Shown piece by piece: positions 53,001 to 64,000 of a DNA stretch of 64,000 nt. How positions within the stretch are numbered: position 1 is the first letter of the stretch; each line of letters opens with the position of its first letter. The notes beneath the pieces were generated by a model. The model had not been told where the DNA came from, searched no databases, and worked only from the letters and a program-made list of their open reading frames with translations. The stretch covers positions 379,313 to 443,312 of the forward strand of contig JAAOMT010000183.1 of NCBI GenBank assembly GCA_016748015.1, in the 5' to 3' direction. Source of the stretch: Geosiphon pyriformis uo1. Lineage: Eukaryota; Fungi; Glomeromycota. The translations under genes and the position numbers were made by a program.

Positions 53001-55316
53001 TGAAGTATTGATAGTAGAAAAAGTGATTTAGATGGTAAATAATTATTTATTAATATTAATAATTTTAATAAAGATGTAGTAATAGAAAGATATTGGTAAT
53101 AATTTTCTCTTTTTTCTGCCTCTAACATTCTTGCTATATATATATAATTTAAGTTTTACAAGATTGCTTCACATTCTTAAGCAATATGCTATAATTTCTT
53201 AAGCAATGTGCTCTAATTTTCTAATATTGCTTTACATTGCTAAGTAATATGCTCATATGTTAACTACTACTCTCTTATTAATTTATCTGTTTTCTTATTA
53301 TTTTCTTTTATACATTTTCTTTATAAGTAACAATAACTACTAGCTATACAAGTAAGTCTACTGCCAGTTTGCATTTGTATTTTATAAAAACATTGCATTA
53401 TTATTTGCTGATCACTGTTTGGAAACATTTATATAATAAAAAATATTTTAGTATATTGTGCCTTTATTGTGGAGAGATAAAGACTTCTAATCACTTTTTT
53501 GTATGTCTATTTGACTCTGATGCTTGTAAAAACTTGTTTGAGTCATGTTTTGTTCAATAGGATGTCATGTTTAGTTTAAGCTTGCCATTATTTTGTGTTT
53601 TGCAGATGCTTTATTTGTGTGTTTTAGATAGTGTTATGTATACTGTTTTGTGTAAAAACATTGTGTTTAAAGAATGGTGTTTAGAGACTGTGTTCTCTTT
53701 TAATAGTGTTAAAGTTGCCAATTATAGGATAGTCAATTTGGTGCAGAGTTTAGGAATGGCTTACTGGACTGAAATATAGATGGTTAAGACTAAATACAAG
53801 GCAATTATAGAAAAAAATGGCCTGGTTGCACATAATAATTCAGTGAGGTTTATGGTCTATTAATATTGCTTTTTGATGATATCATTAAGTTGCTTGGAAT
53901 TGTGAAGATGTATAATATTAGTTTTGGTTTTCAGAAGTCTTGCAATTTTTTTTCTGGTACTAATAATATAATGACTATTATAATAGATTTATAGTATTGT
54001 TCTAATTAGTCCAAGTAACTGGTCATATATAGAAAATATATAATTTGTACTTAGTTTAGATTACTTAGTTTGATATATTATGCTAGATAGCTTTTGGGTC
54101 TCATTCATTAAATGTTAAAAAAAAAGTTTTAATTTAAATATTTGAGATAATTTTAAAAATTAAATACATATTATGCAAATTTAACAATAAAACATAACCT
54201 AATTTATTATAGTTTATTGAAAATTTTGTTATTAAACAATTATATAATTATAATTAACATTTTTTATAATAGTATAAAAAATAATTTTTAATAATTATAA
54301 GTATAATTTTTTTAATATTTAAAAGTTTTTTATTAATAAATTTCAGTTTATAATAATAATAATATTATTATTATTAATTTAAAAATTTAAAATTAATTTT
54401 ATAAATTTTATTAACTTTTAACAAAAATAATTTTTTTTTATAAATAATATTAATTTTTGTATTATTATTGTATTTGTTATATTTATTAAAAGTGTTAGTA
54501 ATAATTTTGTTATGCTTATTTAACAAAAAATAATAATTTATAAATAATTTTAATTAAAAATTATTTTTTATTAAAAAAACTTTTAAATTTTAGAATAATT
54601 AAGAATATTAGCCAAAAATAAATAATTTTAATAATTTATATTTTAATAAATTAAAGTAACATTTTTCATATTTTAATATAAACAAATTTTAAAGTTAGTT
54701 GTTTTATTAAAATTTTAAAAAAAAATATAAAAAAAATATAAAATAATAAATTTTTTTTTAATTAATAATTTAATATTTTTTTACAAATTAAAAACACTTA
54801 TATTTTTAATTATATAACAAAAAACTAATTTAACTAAATTATAAATAATTTTTAAATTATTAAACTATTTTTTTATTAACAAATACTTTTAAACCAATTT
54901 TTAAGTAATTTTATAAAATTATATATAATTATATATTTGTTTGTATATTTTTGTATTGTATTATGTTTTTTTAATTATTATTTGTAAATTAATATTATTA
55001 TATATTAAATTTTATTAAATAACAATAATTAGTTTTATAATATCACAAAAAAATTTGTTTTTACATAATTTACAATTTGATATTATGTTTTTACATAATT
55101 AATATGTTAAACAAAAACTTTCTTTTTAAATTCAATTTTTTATGATTTTATTTATTTTTAATTTGATATTTATAAAATTAAAATTTGGTTTTTTATTGTA
55201 AATTAAATAATCTAATACAATTTTTTGAAAAGATTTCTTTAAAATACTTTTAATTATATAATTTTTATTAATAATAAAATTTTTTAAAATTAGAAGTTAA
55301 TTTTTTTACATTTGTT

Positions 55317-55317
55317 C

Positions 55318-55351
<34 letters not shown>
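55317..55351. repeat. (TAT)n microsatellite; (TAA)n tracts also at ~1706-1728 and ~1916-1943
   Basis: Read directly from the sequence. Confidence 0.85.
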
Positions 55352-56729
55352 TTTATCTATTTTTTTTAATTATTTTTAATTATTTGCTAAAAATTTAACC
55401 ACTTTTATTTTATCTTAAATATTTTTTAAATTTATAATATTAAGTAAATTTTTTATACTAATTTTATTTATTTTATAATGTTAAAATTTTTGAAAATTTT
55501 TATTTGCAGTTTTAATAATCATATTTTTTATAATTTTTATATATTTTTATTTTTAATATTATAAAAAGCTAAAAAACAATTTTAATATATATATAAATTA
55601 TTCTTAAATTTTATATATTTAATCTTAAGTACAACTTTTATATTATATTTTTTATCTATATTAATTTATAGTTTATTAAATCTTTAAATTTACTATTATA
55701 GAAATTGTCTTATAATCTATGTTAAAAAAATATTAAATTTACATATTTATTATTTATAATAATATTAATAATATTTATTTAATTAAATTTTTTAATTGTA
55801 TTTTTCGTATTTATTTATTTATTACTAATTTACCAAATAAAATATTATACAATTTCGGAAACATAAATTTTATTAAACTATGTCTTTTTTTGGTTTGTTT
55901 TTATTTAAATTATTATTAATAATTTTTATAACAAAATTATTAATACATAATATTTAAACAAATTTTTTTTTGATAATACTTCATTAATTTGATTTTTATT
56001 TTTTTTAAATAGTAATTAAATATTTAACGTTTTTTTATTTTTATAATTTTACATGTATATGTTTTATTAGTTTATTAATAATAATAATCAATAATTTTAA
56101 ATTTATATAATTCTTATTTTTACTTAAGATAAATATTTTTATATTTTGAAACTTACTCTTAATTTATAATTTTATACTATTTTTATCTTGGTTTTTATAA
56201 CAAATAATGTAATATTACTATTTTTTGTATATTGTTTTATAATATTCTTTTATTTAACAAAATTATTTATTTTTTATATATTATATATAATTATTTTTTA
56301 CATCAAATTGTTTATATAAAAAAATTTTTATTTTTATTTTTTAAGAATTATCTTGTTTAATAAATTAATAATTATAATTTAATTTTTTTAAGTATTTTTG
56401 TTCTTAATAAATTTAATTGTTTATATAATATTTTTATTAATCAAAATTAATCAATTATTAGCTGTTTTTTTAATTACATTATTTTTAATATATTTTATTT
56501 TAGTTTTTTTTATGATCTAATTAATTGTATTTTACAATTTTTAATTTGTTTAAAAACTAATATAGCTATTATAAAAATTTCAAAAAATTTTATTGCAAAA
56601 TTTTTTTTAAAAAGTAAAAACTTTTTTACAATTTTAAAAAAATCAAATATTATTAATATTCAAAAAAAAAATTTTATATTATTAGTAAAAATTTTTAGTT
56701 AATAATAATATAAAAAAAGTAAATAGCCA

Positions 56730-59700
56730 TACAAATCAGAAAGTAATTGTAAAAAAAATTCCAGTCAATTTTCTTAAATCAGTTATGAAATTAGTTTTTT
56801 CTAAATTTGATAAAATAGTTTTAATCAAAATACATCTAATTGGTCTCTAACAAAAAACTATAGTGAAATTTAAATCATCAAATGTTGTTAGTTTAGTTGT
56901 CTCCAATTGGTTAGTTTTTATGAGAAAAAATTTCATGCATATGGCTTTGGCAATTAATAATAAACAGTTATAGATATCTAAAAATTTTTATTAAGCTTTG
57001 TTATATATTTTATTAGTTAACATTACTGCTTATAATTTCTTTAAAGTATTAATATTATATAATAAAAAAACTTGTTTTATTGGTTATAATCTAAACACAT
57101 ATAAACATGACAAGTGTGTTGTTATTTGTTTTGCTAACAAGGTTTTCAAGAAGACTGTTGTTAATTTTACTTTAGTTTTTAAGAGTATAAATTTGCACTA
57201 AACTGGTCTTTCTTTGGCCTATTATACTTAGTACAAACAATTTAGTTATGTTTTTAGTATGTATTTAATAAATAAAAATTCAGATAATTATAATAGACAA
57301 GTAGTCAATTTTTAGAATCGAATTTATTTGGCAAATATATATAAAAAAAAATAAGCACTAATTGTTTATCCAGTTTTATTTAACAGAGAGACTTGGATTC
57401 AAATTGCTAATAGTTTTACTTTTCATGTAGTGCCTTTGATTTTTTTTAGTGCTGATTCAACTTCAGATGTTAAACTTTTTTTACTGGTTTTTTTGAATAT
57501 AAGTAATAAGTTTGTCACTTTTGAGTACAGTTTTGTCAGTTTTGTGGAGTAAGTTGACAAGCTGGTTAAGAGATTGAATGCATATAAGTCAATAATTTCT
57601 CAGTCTAGCTCTGAATATTAGCTGTTAATAACCTTTTTATTACAGAATTAAGAAACAAATATAAAAATAAGTAAGGATTTAAGTGCAATTACTAGTGGTA
57701 AGACTGTAAAAAAAGTAGAGTTTTTAAACCAATTAATTATTAAAAGACTTAAAATTAAAATAGATAATTTATTAAATATGATTATAAATTTGTTGGCTAA
57801 AATAAATAATAAAGATTTGGTTTCAGATACTTCTCTTTAACAATGACTAATTTAATCTGAAAAATTGCTATATGTAATGTTAAAAATATGAACAATTCTG
57901 TAAAATAAATGGATATTATTTATTAATATAAAGAAATAAACAATTTAATTTTCATTATTACTAAGACAAAATTGAAAAAAAAGATCTGTCTGTGAATTGC
58001 AAACAAGTTTGATGGTGTTTGGGTGTTTACTTTTGGTTTAAAATTTGGTTATTTGGGTTTTGGTATCACAGTTATTATAAATATTAGTTTAGCAAGACAT
58101 GTATACAAAATTTTAGAAGTTGCTAATAGGTTTTTGTCTATCAAGTTGTTTTTCAAAAATAAACTCTTTATGTTGATTTTGGGGCTATATACTGATGCTG
58201 TTTTGACAATACATTTGGTTTAAGCTAAAAAGATTAATTTACTAATTATTAAAGCTGTTAATAAAACTTTATTTGTGATTTTAAAAAGTAATTTTAATAA
58301 AAATAGTTTTTGTAAATATACTAGCTTCAAAAAGTGCTTTGATTTAGTGTTAATTAATTTTTTAGTGGAAAGCTCAATTGCAAACATCTCAATATAAAAT
58401 AACTTTAAGAGTACTAAAAATCAATTAATTTTATATTTGTCTTTTCAAATTTGATTAATATAATAGTAAATTATAATATTCTGGATGTTGAAAAGCATTT
58501 TAACATTAATCATCAAGTGGTCTTTATTTCTGTAGATTTGGATGGTTTGTTGAATATATATTTAAACATTTTTTATAAACTGGCAAATAAAAATCACTAA
58601 GAGTTTGATTTTAAAAATATCAATAATACAAAATAGAACAGATTTAGAAATGCTATAATAACTAATGCTGCTATGTTTTCTAATAAGTTTATTGTATCAA
58701 AAAAATTTTTAGATATGGATGCAATATGGAATATTATTTATAAAATAATAAGTTTATCAGCCAATAAGGTATTTAAAAAAAAAATAGTTCAAAAATTTTG
58801 ATAGTGTTTTTACCAAGAAATTTTTTAGGTTTAATAAATTAGAATTATTGATGTTAAAAATTGTCAAATCTTTACATAATAAGACTGGCAATAAGTTCAA
58901 TTTTTTTATAAGCTGCTAAATGTCTTTAAACAGTAATAATACTTATAGTGTTTAAGTTTTGTTGGATTCTGGTTCTGATTTTAATTGTATAAGATTCTTT
59001 TTTTTTAAAGTAAAAAATCATATTGTGTTTTTAAACTTGCTGAATTTCTAAGGACTAAAAAGTTATTTATCAAATTTTTTATTAACAAATAGATGGAAAG
59101 CTTTGTTGTCAATAAGAGTTATATAATTAAAAATATATTAAAAAATTCTTTTTAAAAAGTTGTATTAGATCATTTGGTTATTAATAATAAATTAATTTTA
59201 GATCTTAATAAGGTCAAATTTAAGATTAATACAATTATAAAAGGTTAAACAAAAAAAAAATTGATGTTAAACAGTGTTTTTAATTTGTGGTATTGTTAAT
59301 ATTAGCCATTGGTTTATGTTAATAATGCTGTTTTTTTTAATGTTATAAGTACTATTAATTATAATAATTTAATACATATAATTAAAAATCTGCCTAATTG
59401 AAAAGCCATTGGTTTGTTTAGTATTACAAATAAGCTTTAATGGTTTAGTTTTTATTATGTTTCTGGATTTTTTAAACTTTTATTTGGTGTGTAAATTTGT
59501 ACCTTAACCTTGAAAAAAAGCTTGGGTGTCAATAATTTCTAAACTTTATGAATAAAAAAGTGTTTTAACCAATACCAGACTAATTGTTTTAATTAAGACT
59601 ATTTGTAAAATTTTTTTTAAAGATTCTTTCCAATAGAATTTTTTTAGTCTGTAGTAGATTTAATTTTCTTTATGATAACAACTTTTTTGTATTAAAAAGC

Positions 59701-62610
59701 ATTACTATTCAGTCTTCTATTTTTGCAGTTGGCTTAGTAATTGAAGATGCTTTAGAAAAAGATTGTGAACTTTAGCTGGTCTTATAGGATATATAAAAAG
59801 CTTATAACTCTGTTAGTTGGTATTATTTAAAAAATAGTTTAGTTTTAATTAAAATGTATAAGCAATTTATTAAGTTTTTTAGTCATATTTACAATAATAA
59901 GATTAATTGAGTTATGCTTGATTATAAATTAACTAATAAGTATTAAGTACATAATAGTCTGAATCAGAGTGAGGTTTTTTTTTCTGCTCTAAAAAATTTT
60001 TTATGATCTTCTTTTGTAAGAGGTTAAAAACTTATATAGTTATTATATTAATACTAAGTTTGTAACCAAAATTGACAGAATAGAAAACCAGAGTGGATTG
60101 ATTTCATATCTGGTAATTGGTGTTTTTATTGATAACACAATTTGAATAAGAAGTAGTTAGATTGTTATTTAATATATTTTGAACATTATAAGTAAGTTTT
60201 TTAATATTAATAACATTTTAATTAACAATAAAAAAACAGTAATCATTCTTATTAACCAAAAAGTTAAGAATATTTTATTATCAATAAATAATCTGCCAAT
60301 ATCTATTGTACAAAATAGAAAGTTCTATAAATTTCTTAGTATCTTTTTGTTTTTTAAAGATTTATTCAAATCCAATTTGAAAAAAATTCATTTAAATATC
60401 AGGTTTTTTGCCAACATAATCTTAAAAAAAACTATTTTGAACAAACAGTTTCTTTATTTGGTTTTAGCTGTGCTTTAATCTATTGTTAATTATAAGATTC
60501 AGTTTAGTTTTGTCTTTAGAAGTATGTATAACAAATAAGATATACTGATTAGAAAGAGTTTAAAAATAAAAACTGGTTTGCCAAAAAATTTTTTCAATGA
60601 GACTTTTTATTATTCATCTTTATATGACTTAAAATTATTTGAGCAAATGCAAGCAAAAAGTAAATTGGCTTTTATGTTAAGTTTTTTAAATGCTGATAAA
60701 GTTTTCAGTTATTTGTTTGATTATAAGTCTTTAGATTTACAAATTTTGAATTGGTCTTCTATTTATTTTTTGCAAAATTCTGTGAAGTTGAAAATTAGTT
60801 CAGTTAACAATTTTCTGGCTGGTGTGATAAAAAATTTTTTTAATTATGATTTTTTTTTTATTAATATTTTGTTTTCTGTATTTTAGTTTTCTGATAGTAT
60901 TTTTATGTCTTTTGTTTTAAAGATATAATGTTTTATAATGTTTTTTACTCACTTAAGAGATTTGGTATTGCCTTTGTTAAACAATTATATAATAAGAAAA
61001 GATTGGTTTTTAATTAAAAAAGTTTTTGTTATTAAAAAAAGCTTGATTTTAGAGACCTAATCTTTATTTGATTTAAGTTAGTATATAATTACTTGGTTAA
61101 TCTTACTTTTTATTTTGCTGCTCAGTTATTTATCAGCAAATTCTGGTTTTTGAATATTTTTAATACTAGTGAGTTTTCTACAATAAGACAATGTTTTTCT
61201 AATGTTAATTTGAATATTATTAATGTTTATACAAATAAATTTGTAAAAAACTTGAGTATATATAAGATATAATATAATGTAGCTGTATTTTTTGCTAATC
61301 TAAATCTAAGTATTAATGTTAAAGTTGGTGATTTAGTGTCTTTTACAATAGCAAAAATACAGATAATTGTTTTGGTTTTAGAGTATATTCTGAATTTTAG
61401 TAATGTTATAATGTATTCAGATAGTCAAGCCACTTTGAATGTATATACTACAGAATTGAATTTGGTTTTATCTGACTTTTATAATTGCTGTTGATTTAAG
61501 AGATATAATATTATAAACTTTATTAAATATAAGACACTTGCTGTTTTTTGGACCAAGATTAAAGATCATTCAAATGTTTTAGATAATAAGTATGTTGATA
61601 TGCTAACCAACTTAGCTTCAAGTTTAAATTTGTTACTTTTTGTTCTTGTTAAAAAAAATACATTAAAGCTAATAGAATAGCAATGTCTTAAAATGTTTGG
61701 TATTTTATTCATAATATGTTTAAAGCTATTTATTGTGCTTATTAAAAAGTTGGGTTTGGTTTTAATATTATTTGTAAGAACATAATTAGAAACATGAATT
61801 GAATTTGGATTTTATTAGTTTTGTATCTTAACTTATATATGGTATCTGGTTTTATAAATAAATTTACTGTTGGTTTACATTGTTATTTGCCAATTGTTGT
61901 TCAAAAATACTTATATAATAAAAAATATCTCAATATATTATGTTTATAATATAGAAAAATTGAGCTTTCTAATTATTTTTTTACATGTATAATAGATTTT
62001 AATATTTATAAGAAATTATTTAATTTATATCTGACCTAGTAGAGTTTTGTGTTGGACTTGAATTTGTCATTATTTTATATTTTACAATTGCTTTTTTTGT
62101 GTGTTTTTAACAATATTATGTATTTTGTATTGTATAAGATTTTGTGTTCAAGAAATAGTATTTGGAGACTGTTTTTGTTTTTGGCTGTACCAAAACTATC
62201 AACAATTTTTTTGTTGAATTGGTATAAAATTTGAAAATGGCTTATTAGATTAATATGTAATTAATAAGAGCTAAATATAAAGTATTAATGAAAAAAAAAG
62301 ATTTAATTACATATAATAGATTTGTGTCTTCTGAAATCCATAATTTTGTGTCTTTGTTTTCTAATAATAATATTAGGTTGTTTGGAATTGTGGAGATACA
62401 TAACATTAGTTTTAATTTTCATAAGCTTTGCAGTTTTTTTTCTGGAATTAATTGTGTAGTTTCTGTTAAAATAAATTTATAGTATCGTTTTAATTGGCTT
62501 AAGTGACTGGTTATATGTAAAAAATACATAATTTGTGCTTAGTTTAGATTATTTAGTTTAATGTATTGTAATAAGTAGTATTTAGATCTTACTTATAAAA
62601 TAATAATAAA
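56730..62610 (+). mobile_element. Near full-length, heavily mutated LINE (ORF1 remnant; ORF2 APE-RT-RNase H-Cys domain)
   Basis: ORF2 start 57843 MTNLI*KIAICNV (APE); RT remnants RLIVLIKTICK (~59578), LVL*DI*KAYNSV (~59780), FIDNTI* (~60125); RNase H ~61220-61620; stop 62482. 5' boundary approximate. Confidence 0.8.
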
Positions 62611-64000
62611 AATACATAAATTAAAATTATTGTTTTTTATTATTTCAAGTTTTTTTATAATAAAAATACATATTACTTGTATTTATTTATTAATATTTTA
62701 AATTAATAATCCTTAATTATGATTATTAATAAAATTTTTATTTTTTTATTTTTAAATTAATCTGTTAAATATATATAAAACTAAAATTAATATTATAAAT
62801 AACTTAAATATTAAATATAAAAAAAATTAAATTTATTAAAAATTAAACAGTTTTTTAATTAATTTTTGTAAAACAAAAATCATATTTATAAATATACAAC
62901 TAAAATTCATAATTATAAAATAAACAAAAACAATTTAAAAAAAACTTTTATATAACAAGATATAATTAAACATATTTATTATATTTTTATAATAAATTGC
63001 AGAATTACTATAAATTAATACTTTTTTTAAATTACAAAAAAGTTGCTTATTTATTTTAATTTTATTTAGCTTTATTAATATTATATATATTTTTTAATAA
63101 TATTACATAATTAATAAATTTATTTTAAATAATATTTATAATCTTTTTTTATAATTATATAAGCAATATTTTTTAAAGCTATAAAATTATTAATTAGCAA
63201 AACAAAATTAATTAGCTAATTTTTTTTTTTTTTTATGTTTAAATATCTAAATATTAGTTATAATAAAAATTACTTGTTTGTTTTTACATTTCTATTTTTT
63301 ATTCTTAATTTGTATTGTTAGAATTAATCAAAAAAGCCTTTTAATTTATTGAATAATGAAATAATTAAAATATTTGTTATTAATTTTAAAAATTGCCAAA
63401 TAAAACATAGAATAGTATCAATAGTGTTTGTTGACAATTATAAATTATTTTTTTATCTTCAGATTTTTTTAAAAAACTTATATTGTAATAAACAGCCTTA
63501 AAAATAAAATTAGATTTAATTTTGCTTAATTATTATTGTTATTATATAGACATATTTTTATTACCACATTTATAATAACATAAAATGATTGATTATCAAT
63601 ATATAAAAAATGTTGCATTTATCATAGAATTTGTACAAATAAAAAAAAACCAAAATTCATTGTAAATAAATTATGTATTTGAATACACGAGCGTATTTAT
63701 TTTACTTAGAAATTTTATTTGCAAGTGTCATTTTGTTCTATTTAAAAACGTACCATAAAAAAGCTTATTATATCGCTTTATGTCTTTCAACCAATTACTT
63801 CTGTTTTGGTTTTAAGTTATGTAATTGGTTAAAAAATTTATTCAATGTCACTTTGACTTTGGTTGCGAGTGACTCATGTAAAAATGGCAAAGTGGATTGC
63901 TGTGGCAACTGGTTTTATCACTTCTTCAGCTTTATTATATAATTTTCAACATGACATTGATAGTAATACTGCAGAGATACGTAAGAGACTTTGCAAGTTA

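Larger units (their letters stand above)
30786..53332 (-). mobile_element. Ty3/Gypsy element A (outer; interrupted by B)
   Basis: 5'LTR 52558-53332, 3'LTR 30786-31613, PBS ~52540-52557, PPT ~31614-31628, TSD atga/ataa. Gag 50947-52535 continues below 38164; protease LILDSGSA ~37390; dUTPase ~35520-35922; RT ~34200-34990; RNase H; integrase ~32440-33500; ORF3 31627-32261. Confidence 0.92.
30020..54125 (+). mobile_element. 5'-truncated RNase H LINE split by the LTR nest (pieces ~30020-30785 and 53333-54125)
   Basis: VYTDESL...LAEL..IALDLEC...WHPNLHM resumes in frame after 53332 as TTSYTSKSTASL...CLYCGEIKTSNHFFVC. 3'UTR is homologous to 62483-62600; poly(A) at ~54117-54125. Confidence 0.85.

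Overview
AT-rich, intron-containing fungal genomic DNA. By inference it is Glomeromycota, and the repeat-encoded proteins resemble those of Geosiphon-type genomes. Left part (1-27.6 kb): an intact ~21-exon dual hybrid histidine kinase (-), a methyltransferase pseudogene, gene fragments, two decayed hAT transposons (one carries a solo LTR), a Tc1/mariner end, and an intact secreted M28 leucine aminopeptidase (-). Right part (27.6-63 kb): a TE graveyard of three RNase H-bearing LINE remnants. One LINE is split by a three-tier nest of related Ty3/Gypsy elements: A(-) contains B(+), which contains non-autonomous C(-), each bounded by LTR pairs and 4-bp TSDs. The most interesting system is this Gypsy family. 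It has a single ORF: AUG-less N-terminal extension, Gag, protease, Cys-rich domain, five-motif dUTPase, degenerate dUTPase-like domain, RT, RNase H, integrase. It also has a conserved extra ORF3 behind its own TATA-like box, a U5 anti-PBS hairpin conserved in four LTR types, and mostly CpG-centred target sites. The repeats show pervasive C>T/G>A hypermutation. All calls come from manual reading; no searches were run.
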